Shown: piece after piece, positions 24,648 through 35,392 of the stretch
Layout: each line of letters opens with the position of its first letter
Numbering within the stretch: position 1 is the stretch's first letter
Assembly: GCA_905178155.1 (NCBI GenBank)
Contig: CAJINV010000020.1
Coordinates: 186,001-250,000 of the forward strand
DNA length: 64,000 bases
Direction of reading: 5' to 3'
Origin: Amoebophrya sp. A120
Taxonomy: Eukaryota; Protista; Dinoflagellata
Made by a program: the position numbers and the translations under genes
Notes under the pieces: generated by a model
Database searches by the model: none
What the model was told of the DNA's origin: nothing
What the model saw: only the letters and a program-made list of their open reading frames with translations

Positions 24648-25430
24648 GGCTGCGTGGACGGAGCGAGATCGGTCGTGAACGTGAAAGTTTGTTTGGCTGC
24701 TACTCTTTCTATCGTCCTACATAGGTAAACGTTTCCTAGTCTGTTCGTTATGAAGAATCTGTAAGTCTACACGACTACCGCTCAAATGAGCTATTGCTCT
24801 GTTTAAGTAGTACTTACTTCTTTTCAACTTCTGACGTCGAATCAAGCACATTCTTTGTCTTTCCAACTTTCTTCAGCCATCAGCATTGGGCAGTTGCGGC
24901 AAGATTCAAAGAACTAGCATGGATGATGAGAGGTGCGGAACTCAACAGAAGCCATCTAGTTCAACAGTTCACAGTGTGTTGACGCGAGGGTGAAACTTAA
25001 TTCGGAACACTAAAGGTTTCAAGATGACCTCACCCTGAACCAGAACACGACGCATCTAGAGGCTGCTTCCATTCTCAAATTGATTCCTCATGCCGCGGAG
25101 GCTGTTGGTAAGTAACTACAAAAGCTCGATGGGTGCGCAGCTTCTTGAATAAAAGTCTTTGGCCCACCTGTAGCGAACAAGCGCAGCGAAGACACGACGC
25201 AACAATGGTGTGAAATAAATGTCCTTGCTGATGAACCAGACGAGTAGAGCGATACCAATAGATACAAATACCGGCGGTGCCAGAACTGCTCCCTCGGCAA
25301 AAATCAATGCCTCCAGCGTTCTTCTATGCTTAAATCCACTCGTCAGCACTTCTCATCACATCACCTGTTTCCCACTTCGTGCGGACGAGTTTTCATCACT
25401 TCCTCTTCCCCGCTACCTGGAAGGTCCTCG

Positions 25431-26603
25431 CTACCTGGCTGACCCGGAGTTCATCCCACTGGGCCCCGACATCCCACCGGCGGCGAAGTTGTAGGTGAAG
25501 GGCGCTTATCAAATGTAAAAATGTCTGGGTCTGGATGTCATGCACATTTTGCATGACTCCTGATGTCTGTGATGCATGCCCTAGCATCAGAGATTTTGTG
25601 AGGGCTTTCTGATGCCTATACCGCATGACAAATGCTCTTTCCGTGTAGCAAAGCTTGGACTCTCTTTGCTGCTCATGCAAAAATACAGATTTTTTCAGAA
25701 TCCAAATGCAGCATCACAAGTTCCAACCTTCCAGACCCAGACACTTTTGCACAGGATAGCGCTTTCTTGGCTTCAAACGTGGTTTTCGCCGCTTGCTGCT
25801 CCGCGGGGCCTATCCTGTGCAAAAGTATCGTACTCGTATAAATGCAAGTCATGCATTACAAATCTTGCTCCCAAGGCAAATCGGCATTACAAATTTTATT
25901 TCTCATGCTGAGGAAATTTGTAATGCATTTTTATATACGAGTACGATACTTTTGCAATTCATAGGGCCAAACGAAACGCTGCCCAACAGGGACTGCACGC
26001 ACCGCCCCACCTCCTTGTAGTCGTCGTCGCTCAAGTTGTCGGGGAGTTTTTTCGCGGCCCGGTTCAGCTGCGTCAGGCACTTACGGTCAATTTCGCGGAT
26101 CAGCTGGCTGCCGCAGGCGTTTTCCAGCTCGGAGAACTCGCCGCAGACCGGGTACCACTGCGCGAGGTTGAAGAGGTCGAATTTGTTCTTCTCCATGCAC
26201 CGCCGAAAGTCCTGCCGGTACTGCCCGCAGGTCTTCGCGAACAGCCGCCCGTACGGCTTGCCGTAGGCCTTGAGTGACTGCGACAGTGGCGGATTGGAGG
26301 TCCACCATTGCGACTTGAGCTCGCTGGCGCACCGGCCCACCTCCACCCGCGTCGGCACAAATTCCGCGTCATATCGAGTGCAAAAGTATCGTACACGTAC
26401 TACTTGCAGTTATGTATTGTTCTTAAGGCAAAACAGCATGACAAATTCTAGCGCTCGCGCTGAGCAAATTTGTAATGCAATTCAGACTGAAGGGATACTT
26501 TTGCAATGCATACGTCAATGGCTGCGTCCAAAGTGGTCCGGTTCACGTTCACGCCAGCACCGCCGCCGCCGCCCTTGGAACCGGATGAAAGGCCATTACC
26601 CAT
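25431..26603 (-). CDS. Twin CX9C (CHCH-like) protein with N-myristoylation motif; 3 introner introns
   Basis: MGNGLSS start; CGQYRQDFRRC…CGEFSELENAC; continuous frame to …GMNSGSAR* after removing 26372, 25811 and 25507 elements. Confidence 0.7.
25507..25758. mobile_element. Introner family A
   Basis: TIR AAAA(A/G)TGTCTGGGTCTGGA; perfect TSD GCGCT; body is the reverse complement of 57645-57906. Confidence 0.92.
25811..25963. mobile_element. Introner family B
   Basis: TIR TGCAAAAGTATCGTACTCGTATA; perfect TSD GGGCC; join SFGP-AEQQ. Confidence 0.92.
26372..26512. mobile_element. Introner family B
   Basis: TIR TGCAAAAGTATC; perfect TSD CGTCA; join AAID-AEFVPTR. Confidence 0.9.
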
Positions 26604-27463
26604 GGGGTTTCGGGATTGCAGATCGTCGTCGGTCTTGTACTACGAGAACAATTTAAACTCTCTCAAACATCAAGTGTTCATGGGACCATGATCATGCACC
26701 ATACATTCGACGGCGAAGTAATCTCTGACTCTATCTCCACATATTTCACTTTACTAATTTCATATCATGGCGCCGACGAGAACCGCAACCTGGTCGTAGT
26801 TGAGAGTTCTGTTAATACCGAAGCAACAATCAGACCTGGTGGGTACTATCCAAAAAAACAACAAGCCTACTTACTTATCCATCGTTCTTTACCTGGTATT
26901 CATCAACCTGAGAGGGACAGACGCAATGCGCTCGAGTTGTCAATCAGTCGCTTGCCTGGGCACCGTAGCGTTGCTTCAAGAAATCAGCCGGGCTCTACTT
27001 ATCGCGATCACTTCAAAGAAACTCAGTGCCCATGATCCTTCAGATCTTGATCTTTTCTCGTGTAAAATAACACGCGACTGGAGATAGAGATCCGCAGATC
27101 TCAAAGTCGGACCCTGAAAAGCACAATTATGCTGCAGTTTTCTCTCACTCACGCGCAAGCACGACCAGAGCGAGCAAAAGACAGTGAAAAAACCTTGCGG
27201 ACTGAAAAAGAACAACCGGCACTAGCATCTCATCCTGCTTTTTGTCGCTCATAAAGCCACACGGCTCAGGATTCTCTGCAACTTCAATTTTTCTTTTTGA
27301 TATTTCAATTTCGACTTTCATCGTACAGTTTTCTGTCTCACACGTGTCCGATACAGGAATAAAAACTGCAGCGGGACACAAGTACTCCCGTCATTCGCAC
27401 TACCACTCGCCCAGCACATGATCAACCTGCGCTACATTCGAGCGGTACATTCGAGCAGTACCG

Positions 27464-29983
27464 CTAGTCCCGGTACAGCAGCACTTTGTACCAGTTCCGC
27501 GGATTGCCTCCCAGCTCCGTTTCCGCGCCCGCGCGCCAGCCGCCCGTGGACTCGGCGCGGTCCAGATTCCAGCTCAGACGGCGCTCGGAGTCCGTTTCCT
27601 CGCCGAAAAAGGCGATGGCACTGTCCGCAAAGCGGAGAAAAAGGTTCGGCGAACCAGCGAACCCGAAAGACCGCTCCCGCCACCGATACCAGTAGGTCGT
27701 TTGCGGCAGCTTCGGCGCGTGGTCTCGATGGGAGGTTCTCGAGCTCGACGAAGTGGTCCGGTTAATATCTTCTCCTGCTGCATCTACCCCTTCCGCGCGT
27801 CGTCGAAAAGGTGGCTGTCCCGCCAGCTGTCGGCGATGCGCTTGCAGCGCGGGCGCGGGGACCGCCGGCCACGCGTTGTCGCTGGCGTCAACGGCGCCAC
27901 CGAAGAAATCGTCCCGCTCGACCGTCACGCGGAGTGCGATTTCCGCCGGGGCCCAGGCGGCGAGAGCGAGAGTTGAAGGGGAAGAGGTGGTAGAAGCCGA
28001 GGGTCCAGGTGCTGCTGGTCGTCGTGAAAAGGGGAACATTGGTCTATTCTCCGCGTTTGCGTCGGGTTCGTTTGTTCTAGTTTGAGAACTGAACGTGAAA
28101 AAACGCGCGAGGCGCTGCACCACGCCCGTCTGGCAGTCGGGATTTTCGTATTCGGCATACAAAATCGGTGGCGGACCCAAATCGAGGGGCTCCTCAAGGT
28201 CGGAAAGGTCGTGTTCTGCTTCGGATTTCGGATTTTCTTTTTCTCGCGAAACAGCACGACCATCGCTGTCTTTGGACAAGGTGCTAGCACGAGACACGTT
28301 TATTTCAGGTAGTGGACCAGCAACATCTTCTTGCGCCGCCGGTGGCGATTTTTCTCGTGCTTGCTGTTCAAGCAGCTCAACTCTTTCCGCAGGATTTCCA
28401 GAAGCAGTCCCCGGATCCACAGGTGCGGATGGTGCCGTATCTTCGTTAATACCAGGCACACCGACAAGCATTCTTCTTTCTTCCTGCGCGGGCGCGGCTG
28501 ACGCTGAGGGCTCCTCTACCACCACATCAACTTCCGCCATCCCCACTTCCGGCGCAGCTGGCCCAGCTGGGTCCTCTTCCTCGCGCGCTCGTTCAGGCAC
28601 AGCTTCAAAATCCCCCTCCCCGTCGTCACTCTCTCCGCCAGCGTCGAGCGCCACGCCCCGCAAACCCGCAAACACCCCGGCCGCTCCTTCGTCCTCTTCC
28701 TCACCCTCTGCGTTATTTTCCGCCTCGCGAAAAAGCGCCCGCAGGGCTGCGCGAAACCGCGGCGGCGCCCGCGCGAGAAAGCCGGCCGCCAAGTCGTTGC
28801 CCTCGCCCGCGTCCTCGTTCTGCACCCGCGTTCTGCGGGCTGTCACGGACTCCCGCTCTACTTGGGGCGTTGTGCCTTCTGCTTGTTGCGAAGCAGTACG
28901 ACTTTCCGGTGAAACTAATTCGGCGCCTTCGACGTCCGGGTCCGCTCCAGCCTCGTCATTTCGATCCAGAAGTAGTCCCGCGGAGGAAGACGCCCCCGCA
29001 CCTGGATTTGATATCCTTTCGCCTTCCCCCTTATACCAGTCCCGGATTCTTTTCACCAACGCAGATCCGTCCTCGTCCTCGTTACTTCCAGTAGCGTCTC
29101 CGCGGCGCGCCGGACTGTCTTCTCCTACTGCAACGTCCTGCCAGGCGCCCGCCAGCACGTACTTGGCGTTCTCCGGAATCAAATTATCCAAATCCTCGTC
29201 CAGGGTAATGTGGTCGTAGCGCTCGAAGTACGCCAGCTTCCAGGACGTCGGAAACCGCATAAGACTCCGCCAATCGAACTGCTGCAGCGGACCGGGCGTG
29301 AAAAACCCAGCCTCCCACAGGTGCAGCACCTGCTTCCATGATTCCCCCGCGGACTTTTCATACGGAACGAGGTCAAACGGGGTTCTTTCCGGTTTTTTTT
29401 CCGCACTTCGGCGTGGCGCGGCGGAAATTGATGTTGCGCTCTCTTCATCTCGAAGATGTTGATCTTCAGCATGATCATAACCTCCGTTCGCACTGCTGAT
29501 ACGATTTTCTTCTTCATCTTCGATTAGTCGCACACCGTCTACTTGGCTGCTGGTGCTTGTCGGAACGTCTATGTTGCCGTCCTCGTAGGCAAACGACGTG
29601 GAGCTGAAGTTTATGTAGAAGAGGTTGTCACTCTTTTCCCGGACCCGCAGGCGTCGGCGGACCTGCCGCTGGGCCACGACTTCGCCGATCAGCCGGAAGT
29701 ACCGGCAAACGCACTCTAGCCGCCCGAGGTCCGCTGCGGAGAGGAACGGCATCACATTCTCCGTCAGTACGGCCGCGGGGATGATCTGCACCGGGGCGAA
29801 TTCCGGGGTCGGATTGATGTTCCGAGAAGTACTACCAGTAGCAGTGTTGTTATCCGTGCTCTTGCTTTTCAGAAACGGGATTTTGCTCAAAACAGCCCGG
29901 AAAATGGTTGAAATGTTGACACACGCAGCCGGGAACAGCGACGACGGCCGCAGGCTCCAGGCTGGCGAGGACTCCGGCGGCAT
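27464..29983 (-). CDS. F-box protein, single exon, 839 aa
   Basis: IIPAAVLTENVMPFLSAADLGRLECVCRYFR (F-box); Trp-rich C-terminal domain (TYWY…RLSWNL…GGWRAG) after a long acidic stretch. Confidence 0.75.
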   Translation of the reverse strand: MPPESSPAWSLRPSSLFPAACVNISTIFRAVLSKIPFLKSKSTDNNTATGSTSRNINPTPEFAPVQIIPAAVLTENVMPFLSAADLGRLECVCRYFRLIGEVVAQRQVRRRLRVREKSDNLFYINFSSTSFAYEDGNIDVPTSTSSQVDGVRLIEDEEENRISSANGGYDHAEDQHLRDEESATSISAAPRRSAEKKPERTPFDLVPYEKSAGESWKQVLHLWEAGFFTPGPLQQFDWRSLMRFPTSWKLAYFERYDHITLDEDLDNLIPENAKYVLAGAWQDVAVGEDSPARRGDATGSNEDEDGSALVKRIRDWYKGEGERISNPGAGASSSAGLLLDRNDEAGADPDVEGAELVSPESRTASQQAEGTTPQVERESVTARRTRVQNEDAGEGNDLAAGFLARAPPRFRAALRALFREAENNAEGEEEDEGAAGVFAGLRGVALDAGGESDDGEGDFEAVPERAREEEDPAGPAAPEVGMAEVDVVVEEPSASAAPAQEERRMLVGVPGINEDTAPSAPVDPGTASGNPAERVELLEQQAREKSPPAAQEDVAGPLPEINVSRASTLSKDSDGRAVSREKENPKSEAEHDLSDLEEPLDLGPPPILYAEYENPDCQTGVVQRLARFFTFSSQTRTNEPDANAENRPMFPFSRRPAAPGPSASTTSSPSTLALAAWAPAEIALRVTVERDDFFGGAVDASDNAWPAVPAPALQAHRRQLAGQPPFRRRAEGVDAAGEDINRTTSSSSRTSHRDHAPKLPQTTYWYRWRERSFGFAGSPNLFLRFADSAIAFFGEETDSERRLSWNLDRAESTGGWRAGAETELGGNPRNWYKVLLYRD

Positions 29984-30662
29984 TCTGATTTTTTTGATGT
30001 TCTAGTATGGTGGCGATCTGGGAAAATGAAATCTAACTTCTCTTGCGTGGACGCAAGTTCGTTGATGCGGCGAAGTACAACCAGGGCGAAATCTTTCAGC
30101 GCTGGTAAGCAAGTCGTAGTACGGGTTTGCAGCAGCTGAAAAAGGGCTCTTACTTCAAAAGCGCGACCTGTTGAGGTCGTCTCTGCGTGAGACTAACTAT
30201 CTTTCTAAAGAAAAGCCGCATAGCTCACGGGAGAAGGTTGTTTTGAAAACTGTGAAGACAGAGTCCTGAGCGAGTGCTTCGACTTTCCACCCTTTTTCTT
30301 TTTGCAGCTCTCCGAGCGGCAAAGAGAACGAAAACTACCAAAACACATCTTCTTATCATCCGCCACCAGCCACAGCAGATTCTACGGAAAGGGAATCGCT
30401 TCACCGGGCCAATAAGAACGTGAATCCTCCCCGCTCTGCATACTTCACGAGCCAGCACCTTGCGGCGCATAATTTCGATTTGTAAACAATTTCCGACTAC
30501 AGACTGACTGTATTCTATCGTGCTTGACAGGTCATACAGTTCAAACAAGCTCTCAATGACGGCATAAGATTCAGATCATTCGCAGTGGCATGTCTACCAC
30601 CACAGCAACTTGTCCCCGAAAACGCTGCGACAGGGACAGCCCCTTGCTCCCCCTTATACTCC

Positions 30663-33600
30663 TCACTCTTCCTCCTGGATGACCCAGGGCCGCAGCTGGT
30701 TGGTGCGCTTCTTGTAGGCGTCCACTTCGCGCTTTGTCAACCGGTCCTTTTCCCAGTTCTCCGAGGACCCGTATCCTATGTAAAAACGTCCCCACCCAAC
30801 ATCTGTCATGCTAATCTGCATGCTCAAAATGTTTCTCATGCGGAGACCCATGGCAGGCGTTTTCTAGTCGTGTTTTAGGATTTGTAATGCTCCAACCAGC
30901 ATAACAGGCTAGATCTGTGATGCTTCTGAACAAGCTAAACAGGATCACACTACTTACGAGGCCAAATTTTTGTAATCCGCAACAACCAAAGCTGAGTGAT
31001 TTGTCTAGCAGATTTCCCATCTTGACTATGGGGCGGGGACCTAATGGCTCAGGATAACCCGCGGCGCTTCTTCTTGCTGCGCACCTCCGGCCCGAAGATC
31101 CGGCCCAGGTCCGGGTTCGCCACCCGGCCGCCAAAGATCGTGTCCGGGTCGAACAACCCCTGCTGCTGCACCTTTTCCGGCCAGTTGCGGCACCAGTCGG
31201 GCACCCGCTTGTCGCGCCGGTCCGGGGACTCCTCGTCGGTGGAGCACTTGTCACTCAGTTCGTAGTTGTCCTCCTGTCGCTTTAGGTGTCGGATCGCCTG
31301 CCGCTGCGTGCGCAGCGACTCCAGCCGCTTCCGTTCGGCCTCGCGGCGGACCCGCGCCGCGTCGGTCGGCAGTCGGGCGTCCGGTTCTGTCTGCGCGCTG
31401 CGCATGCCCTGATGAGAGAGAATGCGTTTGGATCGTGGTTGTGGGGAACGGAAGTAGCCACACCAGCGCAAGTTGCGAAGGCGAATAGCAACGCCTTCCG
31501 CTGATATTAGTCAAATACAATTCATCCTCATCATCATCGACTTTTGGAGAAATTGTACAAAATCGAAAATTCAACGACCATACCCCTGGCGGCGTGGACT
31601 GCGGCAAGCGGCTCGGCGGTTCGGGCGGTTGTCCGTCTGGTTGCACTAGCAAGCCACCCACAATGTCCTTCGGTGTGCTTTCTGGGCTAGAGGAGGCAGC
31701 TGGTTTTGAAGGTTTTGTATGCAAAGCAAGCAACAGAAAAGCTTTTTAGCACTTGCACTGCGCCATGTTCAAAACAAAAAAAACAAGCAAATCTCCGATC
31801 GAGGCGATCTTTTTATCACAGTAACTTTCATTCCAGTACATTCATCCTCTTATACCTGACCCCGCGGTGAAGTACGCTGCATCGGAGCTGGCACACCCGA
31901 CAGAGAAGTAATCCGCCGGGGAAAACTTCTGAATTTCCACCGGATCCAGTACGATTGGATTGCCAAACCACGAATGGTTGGACTGGTTACTCACTGTGCT
32001 GCCGGGCACGACCGCGGGCACTTTGCCACCAGCAGCCGCCGCTCCAAGAACTCCCCCTGGGGGCGGCATCTTCTTCCGGTCGGCCTCCATGTTGTCCTGC
32101 TTTGATACTTTATTCCCGCCCTCGTCTGCTGTGCCAGCTGGTTCCACTGGCGGGCCGCTGCCCATCAGTTTGGGAAGCACCAGAGAGGATTTCCGTTTGC
32201 CGCCGTCGTCCGACTTGAACAGGTTGCTGCCTTGGTTGCTGAACAGCGAGTGCGAGGAGAACAAACTATTCGAGGGCGCGACGGAAACGGAGGGGTAAGG
32301 CGCGAAAACCATGTCCGGGTCGTCTGATTTCTTGCCTGTACTACTCCCCGCCTCACCAACCAGCGGAATCTTGTCCGTCGCCTCGAAGTGCAGTTCCCGC
32401 GGGAGCGCGGCCGTGATATCGGCGTCGGGCTGGGGCGGTTTTTCCACGGCGCTGTCGCGAAACAGCAGCCCCGTGTCCATGAATGCATCGTCGTGGTCGA
32501 TTTTCTGCAGTGAATCTGCCATGATTTTTTTGTCGTTCCTGCTTTCATCCACCCCGTCTTCCGCGTTTTGCTGCTCTTTTTTTCCATCATCTTCTCCCTT
32601 GTTTAGTATCAGCTCGTCAATCTTCTGACTGCTTTGCTCAAGTTCCTCATCCTGCTGCGCAGCCGCGACCACGCGCGCAGCCCCGCCGCCGAACGCGCTC
32701 TTCCGCGGCGGCTCCTTCTCGGAACTCTTGTCTTTCTGGGACCGCTTGTCCGTGGAAACCTTCTTGTCCCGCAGATTGCCAGAAACTGCCTGATCGGGGT
32801 CGACGGCTTCTTCTTCTTTCTTCTTCGAGTTAGAACCTCCTCCGGTAGCAGCGTTTTTTCCCGACGCCGACGAGTTCTCGTCTGGTTTCCTTTCCTTGTT
32901 TTCCGCTCTGCTGCTGCTCGAAGAGGAGGACGACTTTTCGGTCGAGTTCTTGGGTTTATTTTCTTGCACAACTTCTTTCTCTACCGCGTGTGCTGCTGGT
33001 GCGACTTCTACTTTTCCCTCCTTTTCTTTACCGGAGCCGCTTCCTGACAAATTGTCGATCTTCTTCTTATCTGCTTTGAACATCTCGCTCAGCGCTGCCA
33101 CGCTCCGTCGCGGCTGCGGTAGTGGCTCCTCGTTCTTTACTTTCAAGTCCGCGGATTCCGGAACGACCAGGGGAGCCTTGGCTGGAACATTTTCATCATC
33201 TGCAGACGCCTTTGCTGGCAATGCCGGCGGCGGCATCGACCTGTCGTTCGTTGTGCGTTCGTTTGTATCGCTCAACACATGCAGATACAGTAAAAGACTT
33301 TTGTGTGCATAAAGCTACGCGATCTTATTTTCAAAAGGATCATCTACTTCACATGCAGAAAAGCTTATCAAATCAACCACATACTCGTCCGCCCCGGCCG
33401 GCTTGGCGGCGCTGTTCGCACCCGCAAAGACGTCCGTCGTGTCCTCAAACAATGCGTCCATGTCCACGTCGCTTTTTCGCTTGCTATTGTAGTAGCCCTC
33501 GCTGAGCGCCCGCACGAGCGCGTCACTGTCATGGGTCTTGTCCAATTTGCTCTTGCTGCTGAGAAGCTGCGCCACTTTGGCGGCCGCCAGCTGCCGCGGT

Positions 33601-35293
33601 TTGGGCGGCGACTTCGCGACCGGGTTGTGCTCTCCAATTTCTTGCGACACCCGGTTGACGCTCCGGCGGAGCACCGGCTGAAAGGCCAGCTGCGGGACGG
33701 GCTCCTGCTTATTCCCGCTCTGCGAAAACCGGGTCGGCGCCCCCGCCGTGCCCACCTTGCCAAATACGCCGGCCATGGCAATTACCTTGTTCGTCGTGGA
33801 TCCGGCTGCTAGAGCTGCGGAAGCCGCGAAACTTTCTGCCTTTTCCTCCTCTTTCTTGCTGCCCGACGAGCTACTTTTCGCGTCCGGCGGCTTGTGGTTC
33901 TTACTGCTTCCTCCAAAGGACGACCTGCTCGCAGCCGGCTTACTAGAAGACGACGACGACGAAGAGGAACTACCCGCTGTGGGTTTCTGTACACCGGGGG
34001 CAACACCCACACCGCTTGATGCCGCGCTGTTGTTTTCCGTCGTGGTCTTGGTACTCTTCAAAAACTGATATTTGCTGCTGTTGTTCTGCGGCGCCGCGGT
34101 GACCTCCTTACCCGATTTGATGTTACTACTTCCGCCCGCCCCTGCCACCGTCACGGCGGTTGCGGTGACCTTCGCAATCGGCGCGGGCTCGAAATTACTG
34201 GGCTTCGAGGAGGCGACAGCCGATTTGCTGTTTCCGGCTGCCCCACCGCTGGTAGAAGATGGCACTCCAGCTGTCGGCTTAAGCTTGCTCTGGTGGTCCT
34301 GCACCACGCGTGGTCCCTTACTCGTGCTCCAACTTCGAGTGCTATGGTAGCTCTCACCGGACTGCCGCTCATCCTCCATGATACCATCCTGCTGTTTCAT
34401 CTCCTGCGGCTTCTTCGACGGAGGGGGCCCTCGGACGTCGATCGCCGCGCTGGTCTTGGTAGCTGGTTGCGATGATCTGTGTTGGAAACGAAACAAACAA
34501 ATCAATGTCCACGACTTTTAAGTATCAGAAAAAAAACATGACCCACCTTAAGAAATGAAAACATCAAAACAACGAGCCTCTCTATACGATGGCTGCGCCG
34601 GCTGTGGTCGAGCGCGTTTTGCTTGCTTCCTCGCACGAACGCCATCCTCCATGTGTGTGCGCAAAACATCGATGTGATGCTCCACAATGTCGCCGATCCT
34701 GGGTTGGGTATTTTTGCACTTAAGTAGACAATTTTGTACGAATAAGAGATGGACAACACGAAGACTGTTCAAAAGCCCACCAATCAAAATCTATCTAGAA
34801 GCGAAAAAACATATTCTCCCAAAACTCCGTACCTTCCTTCCGACTCGACGAAGAAGCCCCATTTGTGGTTTTTCTGAATGGGCGTTTTGTTCTGCTCGGC
34901 AGCCTGCAAGACGTCGTAGATCTCTTGCTTCTTCACGTCGACCCAGGCCCGATGGGTCCCGATCGCTTCGTCGACGAATTCCGTGACATCGGAGAGTAAA
35001 TCCTCTACCAGCATGGAGAAGGGTCGCTTTCGGTTCTTCTGCGAGCTGGAGCTGCTGCTGGAACCAGGGACCACCGCGGCAGAAGCGCCGCCGGTGCCAT
35101 GCCGCGGCGCGGTGCTGCTTGGCATACTGGGCGTGTTTATTTGCGCGGTAGTAAAGAGTGTTTTGTATTTACCGACTCTTGTTTTTTCGTGCGCTATACT
35201 GAGTTGCTGTTTCTGAAGATCATATTTGTTGCGCACCATTTTGATGTATCGCCAAATTAAAATTTGCACCAGCTCGACAACATGCAAGTCCAT
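30663..35293 (-). CDS. INCENP: INCENP-like protein 2 (IN-box); start codon uncertain
   Basis: EDNYELSD…DEESPDRRDKRVPDWC…DPDTIFG…PDLGRIFG…KKRRG-SSENWEKDRLTKREVDAYKK after removing the 30772 element; upstream low-complexity exons joined by GT-AG introns. Confidence 0.75.
30772..31056. mobile_element. Introner family E
   Basis: Ends TATCCT…AGGATA; perfect TSD ACCCG; splits the conserved RRGSS motif. Confidence 0.9.
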
Positions 35294-35392
35294 GCATTAT
35301 GCATTTCATGCGCGACTGCTCCGTCTCCCAGCAGAAAAATTCGAATGTTTTTTGACACTGGGGTTTCAACGACTAACTTGCGAGAAACATTG

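Noticed and set aside
33262-33384. GTATGT…GATA-CAAA intron in INCENP-2 as another rule-following intron
   Set aside because: No TIR or TSD, and an in-frame GT-AG alternative (TTGAG) exists 9 nt away; not counted as evidence.
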